DNA of 64,000 bases from Vicugna vicugna (GCA_013265495.1 MU062317.1:1858229-1922228), one strand, 5' to 3'; shown: positions 1 through 11,340, counted from the first letter of the stretch. Numbers and translations: made by a program. The notes: generated by a model not told the origin, from the sequence alone.

Positions 1-200
1 CGGGGTGCAGAATGTAGATGCGGGGCAAGGGTGCAGGGTGCAGGGTGAAATGCAGATGTCGGGCGCAGGGTGCGTTACAGGGCGTGTGTGTCGGGTGCGG
101 AGCGAGTATGCGGGGCTTGTGTACCAAGCGCATGTTCAGGGTGCCGAATGCGGGGTGCACGGTGCAGATGCGGGGCACGGGGTGCGGTGCCAGGCTCCAG
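1..200. repeat. Degenerate G-rich tandem/low-complexity repeat (GGGTGCA / ATGCGGGG units), cut by the window edge
   Basis: Recurring GGGTGCA(G) units, and ATGCGGGG at about 18, 108, 148 and 168. Confidence 0.55.
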
Positions 201-529
201 CCCTGAGGCCTCCACCCACGTCCGCATGGCTGGGAACCAAGTCGGTCGGTAGCAGGCAGGCCCACGACAGCGCAGGGCCCCGCAGACAGGCCCGGGGACG
301 CGGGCACCGAGCGGGTCAGGCCTGTGGGGGTGCTCCCTGGAGCGGGTCCCCGAAGGCGAGGTAAGGCCCCTTTAAGGGGCTCGCGCACGAGCGCGGGGTT
401 GGCGCAGGGATGAAGCGCGCGGGCGTGCCGCGGCTGAGCCCTGCGTGCGCGCGCGCGTGCGCGGTGACGCGGCCGTGGGGTTTCCCGAGGCTGCGGGCAG
501 GGGCCGCCGCGCCCATCCCGATGGCTGGA

Positions 530-761
530 GGCGTCTAAGGGGCGGACGGAGGCGGCGGCGGGAGCGGGAGCGGGCGCAGGAGCGGGCGCGGGCGCGGGCG
601 CGGGAGTGGAGCGGCCGCCGCGGGACCGACCGGAGCGAGCTTCGCCGGCGCACCTGCCCGCAGCGCCCGCGGAGCGGCCCGAGCGCGACCACCTCCCGGG
701 GCGGCGGCCGAGGCGGCTGAGGCGGCGGGTGCGGGCGCGGCAGGCGGGACGCGGCGTCGAG
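530..761 (+). other. GNB1: GNB1 non-coding exon 1 (start approximate, donor exact)
   Basis: GC-rich, ATG-free segment inside the CpG island, ending in a strong donor GAG|gtgagc at 761/762. The TSS cannot be fixed from sequence alone. Confidence 0.8.
558..605 (+). repeat. (GCGGGA/GCGGGC)n hexamer array in exon 1
   Basis: About 8 units; GGG tracts at 560, 566, 572, 584, 590, 596 and 602. Confidence 0.8.
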
Positions 762-1302
762 GTGAGCGCGGCAGCCCCTGGCCCCGAACCTCGGCCCCCG
801 GCCCCCCCATCCCCGCCGCTCCCGGCCGCCAGGGGGCGGCGGCCGCGGGCGGGGGGCGCCAGGGGCTGGGCCCGGGCCCGGGCCCGGGTTTCGGTGGGGC
901 CCTGGGCCCACGTTCCGGGGCCGGCTTGGGGCCCCGCGGCCGGTGCCCGGGAGGCTGGCCCGGAGGAGGGGCGCCGGCCGGGAACAAAGGGAGCGGCGGC
1001 CCTGCTTCTGCAGCGGGCGGTGGGCGCCCGTCCTTGGCGCCGGCAGGACGCGGTGGGGGAAAAGCGGCGCTTCTGGGGGCCCGGGAGCGCGGCGGCGGCG
1101 GGGAAATGGGGAAGCGGCGCGGGGGGCGGACAAAGTGCCGGGGAGCGCGGGCCGGCGCCAGCCGTGTCCGCGGGGCCCGGGCGGGCAGCCCTGCGGCGGG
1201 CCGCTCTCGCCGGCGCCTCCAGCCGCGTGCCGGGCCTGCGGGCGGCGGGCGGGCCGGGGGCCCCGCGCCCCGCGCCGAATGAATGGCTCCGAGGCGGGCC
1301 GG

Positions 1303-1331
1303 CAAGATGGCGCGGCCGCCGCGCGGCCATT
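1303..1331. promoter_or_regulatory. YY1-type motifs in the CpG island
   Basis: CAAGATGGCG at 1303-1312 matches the YY1 consensus; an opposite-strand GGCCATT core lies at 1325-1331. Confidence 0.55.
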
Positions 1332-4300
1332 GTCGGCCGCCGCCCGCCGCCGCGGGGCTCCGGGTGCGTTTTCCGGAGGCCGGGGGGCGGGGAGCGCGGC
1401 GCGACGGCGCGGGGTCGGGTCCTCCTGGGCCCCGCGGCCGAGCCCTCGGGCTCTTGGAGCCCCTGTGTTTTTCCCTGCGAGTCGGTGTTGGACTCCAGCG
1501 GCGTTCACGCGTCGCTCCTGCCCTTTAAATTGCACTGCTGGCTGTCCGAGGCACTGTGAGCTTAATCGGCTCGATTCCGCTATTTGGACGCTTTTCAGTG
1601 AGGATTGTGAGCTTCGCTGACTGAAGGAACGCCGCTTTTTGTTTTGGGAAGGGAAGAGGTGGACGTTTACAGTCGAAGAGTACATTGCTGAGTGTCTGCG
1701 TAAACGGAGGAGACGTTTAATCCGTAGTTCTGGTTTGGGGAGTGTCTTCATTTTGCTGTCTGGTGACACAGTGATCTCGAACAGTATTTAATGATTAATG
1801 CTTATGAGATTGTTAGCTAAGAAAATGTGTAGGTTATTTCCCAAGCTTAGCAAATACATGGGAAGTATTAGCTTAGGAGAAGTTCCTCTCAACCCCAGAT
1901 ACAGGGTGAGGTCTCAAGGCCGTGCTTGTCGGTGAGATTTCTGCCTGAGTTCTTTGTTTTCTAGTTTGAAGCAATAGTCTTTTTTGGGGTGGAGGAGTTC
2001 TTTATTTCAAAGAAAGATTTTGGTTTGCATTCTGTTAAGATAGACAGGGTCTGTTCTGGATTCTTCCGGAAGGTACATATTGCAAAAATAAAGAGCAGGC
2101 AGTTCCTTTTTTGCTTTCTCACTAATACTGGGCGTGTGGCGGGGACAAGGCTGATGCCACCAGCATGGAAACAGGTCTGAGACCCTTCAGATGGCAGAGC
2201 TGGCTGGTAGCTTTTGGCTTTATTTAACTTTCTGACAATAAGAGCAGCCTAGAAACGGAGAGAAACTGGAAGAATTAGAGGCCGGTCCCGTCCGGACCCT
2301 GTGGGGGAGGGTTTCCGGCTGCCGTGAAGCTGGACTTCGAGGCTCCTCCGAGACTCCTTCTGTTCCACGGTTCTAGTTTCACAGGCATTGTGCGTGCTAC
2401 AAGTTTCTCTTAGAAGGTGAGAGTTTAGGAAGCAAAGTCAAGTTTTATGATTGTGCCTGTGGCTCACACCCAGTTCTCCCTGCTGGGGGCCAGTGTTGGG
2501 GCTCCGTTTCCTCTTCTGCTGAAATAGTTCAGGAGTGTGCTTGCAGAGAAATTTGTTCAGCTATGCAGTTTTGAGTCAGAATTGACACTTTCTTAAATGA
2601 ACACACCCACTAGACAAAACTGTTTCTTCGGTACGGTAATCCAAGTTTACGACTCAACTTTATTTCTCTTATCAAGCAGGTACTGAGCAGAATGTCCTTT
2701 AATGATACCTTAATAAAAATTTCACTTTGTTTGATATCTTGAGTTATTTCTATTTTGAGGGGTGTTGACGTAAGTTTCCTGAGATTTAATTTTAATCTCA
2801 AAAGAAATTCAAATGACTGCCAAAAGGCTGTCAGATTTTTTCATGTTTAGACTGATTTTAAAACTTGAATCACCTAGGTCTTAAATTGACCACACCAGAG
2901 GAGGACTGATTTTATCAGGAGTTAATGAATTCATTGGAGTTTTGTTCTGTTACCTTTTATTTTGCTGAAAATGTCTGTGTCTCTTGTCCTTTAGTTTGAC
3001 TGGATAAGTTGTGTTTCTGTAAATAGCTTTGAGAAGGATCTTTAGGGTAGCTGTGGACTTACGTACCATCAGTTGCCTTGTTAGCTAAGACTGTCATGAG
3101 TAACCGTGATTTTATTTTAGACGTACAGTATTGGCACTTATTATATTTTCGTCATTGGATTGTTTCTCAAGGCCCAGAGGATTTGGCTCATGTTGGTCTC
3201 TAAACTGGATTAAGTTCTTACTGACTGCAGACTGTGGCTTTCAGCATTAGTGGATTGGTAATAGATAGTCTCAATTTTATTATCTGGGCCTGACCATATG
3301 GTGTGCTATGTTATTCTGAAACCCCTGTTTAGCGTAAGTCTAGTGAAGCACTGAACAAAAAGTTTTAGGATCTTTTAACCCAGGTATAAATTTAAACCCA
3401 AGTATAAATTCTGATTTCAGGTGTGCATTTGTTGATAAGAATGGATAGAGAAGTTACAAAGAAGGCAGTTCAGTTACATGTTTGGTTTAATGAACATAGA
3501 ATGAGGGGTTAAAAACAAATTTAAGCGAAACTGAGGTCAGAGAAATAATTTACAAAACGGTATGTGGACCATTACTGGAAGAAGGAAACAGTCCAAATAT
3601 ATGTGGGAGTCTGGATATGTATTGAGTAATTCACATCCCACTGACTATTCTGGAAAAAGAATGGAGTACTTCTTTTTCGAGCTGTGAGCGTCGGTCCAGA
3701 GCTCTCATTTAAGAAATACAGCTGTCTGCAGACACTGAACTGGTTGGTCAGTGGCTTACTGGAGAGCTAAAGGCTTTTAAAACCTTTCAGCCCTCCTTGT
3801 GGCCACGCCTGCCGTTAGGTGCCACAGTAATGGATGGGAATCACTGCTGACTTCCAGTGGTGGAAAAGCTTCCCGTTGTATAGAGCATTGTTGCTTTTTT
3901 CTCCTTTGCTTTCCTAGTTAGTATTCCCTTATTTGACTGAAGGTTCTGGGAAGAAGCCATTTCTGAAAACTTGCTGATAAACCGAATCAAGATTATCTAA
4001 GGTAATAATTCTGAAGAGATTGTTCGGTTGAGTCTATATTGCCATTAATAATGATTTAATAATTAGCTGCTCCAGGCTTAATAATGTGTTTTTTCGAGGG
4101 AGGAAAGATGGTATTTATTCTCCAGCCTGTCAGGACCAGACTACTAAGGGGATGGTTGAACGTATTCTTGTTCACTTGTGGGAAGTTGTGGCTGCGTACG
4201 TGCGTGTCTTCTGACTGTCTGGTGACAGCTGTAAGGTGTACCCCCAATGAGGATTGCACACTGACTTGACTACCTGTCCAAACGTTGTAGTTGGTAAAAC

Positions 4301-4869
4301 TTTAAAAAATTCTGGACATTTTCTAATCACATGAGAGTGTTCAAACTTCAATAATAGGTATCCAAAAAAATGGTCATGGGAACTTTAAGACAATCCCTAA
4401 ATTTTAGGGAGGGAGAGAAATTCACTCATTTCTTAAAGCACTGAGTTAGAACCTAGTTCTGTAACTTAACCTGCTAGTTTGGATGTGGCTTTTGACTTCT
4501 CTGTGTCTGTCTCCTTGTGTGTAAGACGGACATCTAGACCCTCCTTCCCAGGGTGGTCGTGCGTTAGCACCTGCGTGGTGTAAGCCGGTGGAACGGCGCC
4601 TGGCTGGCGGTGCACTGTGCAGGGACCACCGTTTCTACTGCTGGTGGCCTTGCTTTGTAGCAATCTTTTTAACTGCGATAATGGTGAGTTATGGTATAAG
4701 AAGATAATTAATTGAGATACTTGATTTTCCTGTCTTCTGATTGGTCAAGAGGAAGATGAATTTAGGGTGTGGAACATTTATCAGCTGTCTTTGCAAATCC
4801 CCTTCACTTTAATTTACTATCTTCCTCCCAAGTCATCTCTCACACTCTTTCTCGAAAAGCTTTCTATTC

Positions 4870-5155
4870 TTTTAATTAAATACACTTGCTGTACAGTATC
4901 ACGTTAGTTTCAGGTGTGCTACGTCGTGCTTTGGCGTTTGTGTACAGTATGAAATGATCACGATGTGTCTGGTGACCATCTGTCCCTTGCAGGGTTATTA
5001 CAGTGTTACTGCCCGTGTTCCTGTGCTGTGTGTTAGATCCCCGTGACTTACAGGGAATAAATGTAACTGAGGTTTGTACCTCTTAATCCCCTTCACCTAT
5101 TTCGCTCCCCCTCCTCTCCTGGCTACCACCAGTTCTCCGAATCTGTTTTCGTTTA
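4870..5155 (-). mobile_element. LINE-1 3' UTR fragment (L1MA-like)
   Basis: GTTAGTTTCAGGTGT..TATGAAATGATCAC..TGTACCTCTTAATCCCCTTCACCTATTT, a typical antisense L1MA 3' end. Confidence 0.7.
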
Positions 5156-5744
5156 GTTTGAAAGGCTTTCTTCATAGGGTAATTTTGATCCTATAATTCA
5201 TTTTGAAACTGGTAAAATTACTGTTTATTTTTTAAAGATCTCACCCCGCTCCCTTTATGCTGCTGAATTAAGTTTGAATTTCCCAAAACTTTTTGGCATC
5301 CCTTAATTTGACAACTAGTGACAATAATAATGAAGTAGTTTTCATACATTTTCAAAAATACGGTAACTGGAAATTTGTTTAACTAGTGCTTATGCAGCAG
5401 CTTCTCTGCGAGCTGCTGAGTCTGCACGTTGCTGTAGGGTGGGTGTGGCCCAGGGCCTTACTCTCTAGTTTACTAGGGAGCCTGGCTCGCACTTTGCATA
5501 CAAAGTGGACAACAAGGGTGGTGGATCACGGGGCAGCTAACTTGTTTTAGGGTTTAGTGAGAGCGTCCTTGGGCAAGTGTTTGTTTTTAGACAGGATCCT
5601 TTAGTTGGATGGAGCCCGCCTGGCGCACAGGTGGTGTGTAGAGGGGAAGGAAAGAATGTTCCCGGCTGAGGAGATGGTGTATATGTTTTTTCATGCAGCC
5701 AGTTAGCCGCCTTCACCCACTGTGTCTGCAGCATCCAGCACAGT

Positions 5745-6140
5745 GCAGTGCAAGCTAGGTGCTCAGTAGTTCTCTGTTGAATGAATGAGAGCAGGTCATC
5801 CAAGGACGGAAGTTCAGAGGGCTGGAGAGTGGTGAGAGCGGGACTTGGAGAGGTCAGAGCCTTCTAAGGCATTTGTGGTTTTACCTTGAGGGCTCTAGGA
5901 AGCCTTGGAAGGGTTTTAAGGAGTTTGAGCTGATGAGAATCATCACTTGGTACTTGAACATGGAGCATGCTCAGAGGAGGGAGGAAGACTATGGTCAGAG
6001 ATTCTAGATAGGAAGCTGTGTGGAGAGGAAGAGGGTCTGGACCAGAGTGGAGAAACTGGGAGCTGGTGATGGAGGCAACTTGAGGACTGAATGGAAGGTA
6101 AGAAAGGGGTGAGTGAGCACAGGCTTCTATCCTGGACATC
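5745..6140. mobile_element. LINE-2 fragments
   Basis: L2 3' end GGTGCTCAGTAG..GTTGAATGAATG (+), followed by purine-rich antisense L2 (GGAAGCCTTGGAAGGGTTTTAAG). Confidence 0.55.
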
Positions 6141-6639
6141 TCAGGGGCTGTTTTGCATTTATTAAAATGAGCCCCCCCCCCTTGGGTCGAGGACCCCAGG
6201 TAGTGCTCCCACCTTCTGCTTCGGAACACAAAGCCTTTTCTTTCTATCCCTTCTCCCTGCAGAGCTCTTCTCCTGGAGGTTTGTTTGCACCTTCCACTCG
6301 CTCCATTCCAGTCTTTGTTCTGACATCCCCTCCCCGGAGGGCGTTCTCCACTCTCTCAGTCTCTTCAGTCTTCCCTTGCCCTGTCTCCGCAGCCTTTATG
6401 TTTATCTCCCTCTGGATCTAAAACTCCACATTTGGTTTGATACAGTGTTACCAGTCTTTGAAACAGTATTTGTGGAATTAGTGACTTTTGTACATGTGAA
6501 TGCGGAGCCCTGGAGGAGCCATCTGGGTAAGTTTTCAGTGTTTAGGTGGTGGCTGAAGTCTTGGGTGTCGCAGTCACTTAGAGTGCAGGGTCTCAAGAGC
6601 GTGGCTGGTGGGCTCCGGGTCCCGTCAGGTCCGGGCTGC

Positions 6640-7885
6640 TGTCTTGGCCATTGCATTCGCACTGGTTGACATTTGCGCCAATGAAGGAAGGCGGTGGTGG
6701 GTGACTGCTGGCTCTGTAGCGCAGATCAGGGCCGCGGTACCAAGCCAGCTGTAGCGGTGATTATAGTCGTAGTGTCTTCACCACTGTGAGCTTGTGGTTT
6801 ACAAAAAATACGGTTTAATCTAATGTCCCTGGTGAAGCAATAAAAATTAATTTTATTAAACTTACACCCCGAGTACCCATCTTCTTCTTGGTGTGTGTGA
6901 CAAAGTGGGAAGTGGGCATAAGGCACTGATGCGCCCGGCGTGAGTGCGGTCCCTGCATGAGTGGCAGTGTGCTTGTTTGAAATGAAGAGCTGCTGACAGA
7001 AAATGGTGGCTGTTGAGACAGGGGCATTTGGCAGGTATTTTCTTAAAAACGAAGTGAACCAGATACTTCAGGGACAATACCTGACAGTGTTGTTGGCAGT
7101 GATAAAATTTGAGCTTCAAATGGAAATCAGAATTTTGGAAAACTTGATTCTGATACTAGGGGCTTGACAGCTTCCAAGTACTTAAAGGTAGGTGGTGACG
7201 CTAGCGAAATGTTTCTTTTTTAAATGTTATAAGTAAAATGTGTCAACATTTGGAAGACCAGCTTAACTCAGTGAACTGATATTTTCCAAATGTCCTGTGC
7301 TCAGCGCTTCTACCTCCCGGAGGTCGGGGACGGGCAAAAGACCCATTCAAAGCACAGGATGGAGTGAAGGAGCCCCAGAGTGACGTTAGCTGTAGAAGTG
7401 TTAATTGATGTGGTTCAGATGCCGCTCAGAATTGCTCTTTAAGAAACTTGCCGCTTGTCAAGTTTTGATGTAGTATCAAAGAAGACAGTCTACGTTTATT
7501 TGAAAATCAAGTATTCCTCCCTTTTCTAACTCCACGTCTGTGTCAGGCTGAGTATTCATCTCCTTCAACCAAAACAAGATCCCGCACCAGACTGAGTGCG
7601 GAAGCAGGTGAGAATCCAGCTCTCACCTCCAGAAGCAGACGTTGAAGAAGTGTGCTGAAGCTCACAAAGCTGCTGTTCTCACCAAATTATTTTTCTAGTT
7701 ATTTTTTTATTAAAAAAAACTGCTTACAATAACATGTAATGGGAGTATTAAACGTTTTTTACATGCCTCTTTCAATTTCTAGCGTAGTAAGTGTGTGTAG
7801 ACAGAACCCACATAAGCAGAAGCCCATGGGTCCTCAGTAGTTGGGAATGTGAAGGGAGCCTGAGACCAAGGCTCTTGGCAGCAGT
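6640..7885 (+). mobile_element. Charlie1-like hAT DNA transposon relic
   Basis: Long match to the recalled Charlie1 3' half (GAATTTTGGAAAACTTG..GCTTGACAGCTTCC..AATGTGTCAACATTTGGAAGA..GTAGTATCAAAGAAGA..CCTGAGACCAA). The segment at about 7520-7620 reads as a decayed hAT C-terminal dimerisation domain (LCQAEYSSPSTKT..RLSAEA). 5' boundary approximate. Confidence 0.72.
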
Positions 7886-7999
7886 GATCGGAGAGCAGTG
7901 TAGTAGTCAGAGCAGCAGGGACTCATTGAGGGCCTTGGCCCCAGGGGCCTGTGGGGACCAGAGAGGCCCTCCCCTGGAGACAGGTGCTCTGTCCTGATG

Positions 8000-8720
8000 T
8001 GTCCTTATAGGTGTAGCAGCAGCATAGGTGTAGGGTTTTGCCTTTACCTGGAGAGAAGGACCCAGAGATTCTCTAGAGGTCGAAGGCCCATTGGCGTAGC
8101 TTGGGTGTTGAGGGACGGGCAGAGAAAGAGAGCCTCATAAAGGAGTGGTCAGATGTCAGGACATGAGGGTGGCGTTGGCGCCTAAGAGTCTGAGAGGGGA
8201 AGCAATGGCCAGAGAAGCAAATCTGGCCGAGCATGTGTAGACTGAGGGGTTAACGGTCAGGGCTGGTGAGAGGCTGTGGGCTGAGGGGAGGCCCTGAAAG
8301 AAGGATGGAGAGCAGTGGGGTGGAGGGAGGGCTTTGTTCTGCCTGGACTTTAGATGGAGTCGCTTGAGCATTGTCGGGTGCTGCGGGAAAGGAGCACTTG
8401 TAAGGGTCGAGGGCAGGGGTATCAATAAAATGCTTATTCCAGGAGCGGCTGTGTTGGGGCAGTGATGAGACGCCAGTCCTGCCCTGGTGAGAGGAGCGTC
8501 GTCTGTCGGATGGTAGGAGAGGCTATGCTGAAAAAGAAGTAAGGGCAGGGCCAGAGAAATTCCTGGGATTTCATTTTAAAAAGTGTGGTGGAAACATTTG
8601 AGCAGGAGCAGGGGGAGGTGAGAGGATGGACAGGGAGAAGCCCCGAGACAGGATGTGCTTGGAGCTGAAATAAGAGATGCTGGGAAGCTGACAGTGGTCT
8701 CCACTTTGCATGGATGGGCA
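8000..8720 (-). mobile_element. LINE-2 fragment
   Basis: Degenerate purine-rich antisense L2-like sequence; boundaries approximate. Confidence 0.45.
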
Positions 8721-9347
8721 TGTGTAGACATGTTGGGAGAGCTACTTGAAGCTCTCCCTGTGAAACAGATTCCTTCAGACCTCGGCCCTCTAGTGCCCAC
8801 CTTCGGTTCAGCTCCCTTGCTGGTAGACGCACTTGCGACGCACTTGGGTTTTGCAAGGCGGTGAACCCGAGCCGCTAGCCCGGGCTTGTTCGCGGCCTGC
8901 TGTGCTGGGACTTCATGGTGGTGCAGTTTGAGCCTCGCGCCAGCTCCTAGCAGGTGCTGTGAGCAGCCCCGTTTCCCAGATGCCTCAACCTACTGGGAGG
9001 TGGTGAAGTAGCTGGCCAGAGTCCTAGCCAGGAATCCACAGAAGCTGTGTTTGAATTGGAGTTGTCTGCCTCCAGAGCCTGTGGACCATCCAGCAGGAGC
9101 TCGCCTCCCTGCACTTCCGTCTCAGAAGACTCCTGTCTCTGCGTCCGCCTCCTTCATGTATGATTGAAGGGAAGATTCTTCCACTGGAGAACATTTTACC
9201 AACAGCTTTGTCTTCATAGTTTCTTCTTCTGGGGCTTCTTCTAGTCTACCTTCAGACGTGACTAATAGGTCTTATGTAACTCAATCCTCCAGTTAATCTC
9301 GGTATCTTTGCCAGCCACTATTTTCTCTTTTTAAAATTAAACTCCCT

Positions 9348-9488
9348 TGGGGGGCGGGGGAGGGTATTGCTCAGTGGTAGAGCGTGCGCTTGGCATGCAC
9401 AAGGTCCTGGGTTCAATCCTCAGTACCTCCGTACAAATAAATAAATAAATAAACCTAATTACCTCCTTCCAGCAAAAAAAATAAAACA
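9348..9488 (+). mobile_element. tRNA-Ala-derived SINE (camelid Vic-1-like), full length, with target-site duplication
   Basis: tRNA-Ala-like head with A box (9367-9377) and B box GGTTCAATCC (9410-9419), (TAAA)n and A-rich tail. Perfect 15-bp TSD AAAATTAAACTCCCT at 9333-9347 and 9489-9503, at a TT/AAAA L1 endonuclease site. Confidence 0.9.
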
Positions 9489-10169
9489 AAAATTAAACTC
9501 CCTGGAAACAGCACCGTTTTCATGACCTCAGGTCCTTGTCTGTCCTGTCTGCACTGCTTGGGCACCTTGTTCTGTCCCCCTAAGCTTCCCCACCGTTGTC
9601 TTTATAAAGATGTCCTTTTATGTAAGTCTATTTAATTGTCTCAGTTTTTATCTTTAGTCTTTGTATTTTAGCAAAAGAAATGTTTAATTGTTGATCGTAG
9701 AAAATTAGGAATGTGAAAATGGGGGGAAATCTGTAATTTACCTGTTAGGAAATTACCATGCAAGATTGTTGTATTTTCATTTAGTCTTTCTTATTGTTCA
9801 TGCATGTGTGTTCAGAGATTACCCCCACCCCCGATTGGAGATCAAACTGTATATGTGGATTTTTAAATCCTAGTTTTTCTACCTTTTCACATGTTATGTG
9901 TGTTTCTGGAGGGCATCTTTGGAAACATGATTAGTAACCACATAACCATCAATCACCCACGTGCCAGACATCCGGCTCTGCCGACTCTTGAGCTGTGAGG
10001 CCATGAGCAAGTTATTTCTACCCGTTTTCCCACCTCCTAGGGCTCTGACGGAATGTTCGCCCTCAGGCTTAGCAGGCCCAGCGCTCCTCCTTCTCCTCCA
10101 TGCCGCCCAGCTCTTATTCCTACCTGTGGTGCTGTCTCCCTTTTCTGGGCTCCTGCTTGGCTCTGGGAT

Positions 10170-10515
10170 GTTACTCTGTCAGTGTCCTGGGGCTGACTGA
10201 GCGGCTTAGAACAATAGGCATAGCAGCTCTGGAGGCCGAAGTCTGAGTGAAGGTGTGGGAAGGGTGGCTCCCTCTGGTGCCTCTTTCTGGCTTGTGGTTG
10301 CTGGCCATCCAGTTTCTGCCTCTGTCTGAACATGGCCTTCTCTCTGTCTCTGCTCCTGTAGGGACACTGGTCATTGGATCAGGGCCTAATCCAGTCTGGC
10401 CTCATTTTGAGTTAAAACCCATTATACTTGTAAAGACCTTTTTTCCAAATAAAGTCACAGTTGCGGGTTCCAGGTGGACAAGAACACTTGGGGGCACTTT
10501 TGGGACCACTGCACT
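10170..10515 (-). mobile_element. MaLR solo LTR (MLT1 family)
   Basis: GCTCTGGAGGCCGAAGTCTGAG..GGACACTGGTCATTGGAT..CTTGTAAAGACCTTTTTTCCAAATAAAGTCACA, a typical MLT1A-D antisense signature. Confidence 0.75.
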
Positions 10516-10849
10516 TACCTGGGGCGTCATCCTGTTCTCCTTGCGTTCTTACTTCCACATCCCCGTGTCTTTCCTTCCCTTCACAGCCAAGCTTGTGAAA
10601 AGAAGTCTCAGTTGGGAACTTAAATAGAAAGGGAAAACGTCTTACTGGGATTCTGTGTGTCTCACAGAACCACAGTCCGGGAGCGGAGCTGGGCGTTTCA
10701 GGTCAGTGTGGGGTCAGAGGCCGGAAAAGCCGTTCGAATCTCTGTCCGTCTCGTTTCCATGCCCCGTGCCTGTAGGCGCCCCTGTCTCTGCCTGCAGGTG
10801 AAAGGCTCTCTGAGACGTTGCTTTTCTCTGCTTGCAGCACGTCCTGCCT

Positions 10850-11340
10850 CCACGCTGAGCTCTGTTGACCGCCGCCTCGTTGAGAAGCACTCTTCTCTCG
10901 GTTCCCAGCCCTCCTCCTGCCCTTCTGCTTGTCTGTCCGGGTCTCCTTCCAGGGCTCCTCTTGGCTGGCCCTGCGTGCCCTCAGCTGTCTGGTGCTTCTC
11001 GGTCTTGAGTCCAGGACTCTCTGTTCTTGGCCTCTCCTTAGGTGAGCACGTCTGTTCCTGTCTGTTGTTTGTTTTAAATGCTGTTTACTGAGAGTTTTGA
11101 TGACTCAGATTTCTCTCTCTGCCCCGGCTTTTCTGACCTCCAGACTTGTCTGCTCACCTGTCCACCTGGCATCTTCCTTCCGCTGCTTTCATTGCTGAGT
11201 CCTTCATCCTTCAGGTCTCAGCCTTGAGTGTCACCTCAGAAAGGCTTTTTCTGGTCACCGCTGTCACCTTGATCACGTTGATGGACCGTAGTTACTGCCC
11301 TCAGGGCCTTCCCCTCGAGTTATAGTTGTGGAGCTGTGAG
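10850..11340 (+). mobile_element. LINE-2 ORF2/3' fragment
   Basis: Pyrimidine-rich L2 signature (TGTTGACCG..GATGACTCAGATTTCT..TGTCCACCTGGCATCT..CCTTCAGGTCTCAG). Confidence 0.65.

Larger units (their letters stand above)
200..1560. promoter_or_regulatory. CpG island / TATA-less GNB1 promoter and first-intron 5' region
   Basis: Very high GC and CpG density, several GGGCGG GC boxes and a CRE half-site TGACG (465-469); base composition falls sharply after about 1600. Confidence 0.92.

Noticed and set aside
372-1769. 465-aa minus-strand ORF and overlapping 200-317-aa ORFs at the promoter
   Set aside because: Pro/Arg/Gly/Ala low-complexity products open in several frames on both strands, as expected from stop-codon depletion in a CpG island; no recognisable domain.
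7520-7630. Transposase-like reading in the Charlie element as a possible domesticated gene
   Set aside because: Short, frameshifted and stop-ridden relic with no intact ORF.
9348-9430. tRNA-Ala-like sequences, here and at the six other SINE copies
   Set aside because: They have SINE tails, TSDs, broken stems and multiple diverged copies; these are retroposed SINE heads, not tRNA genes.
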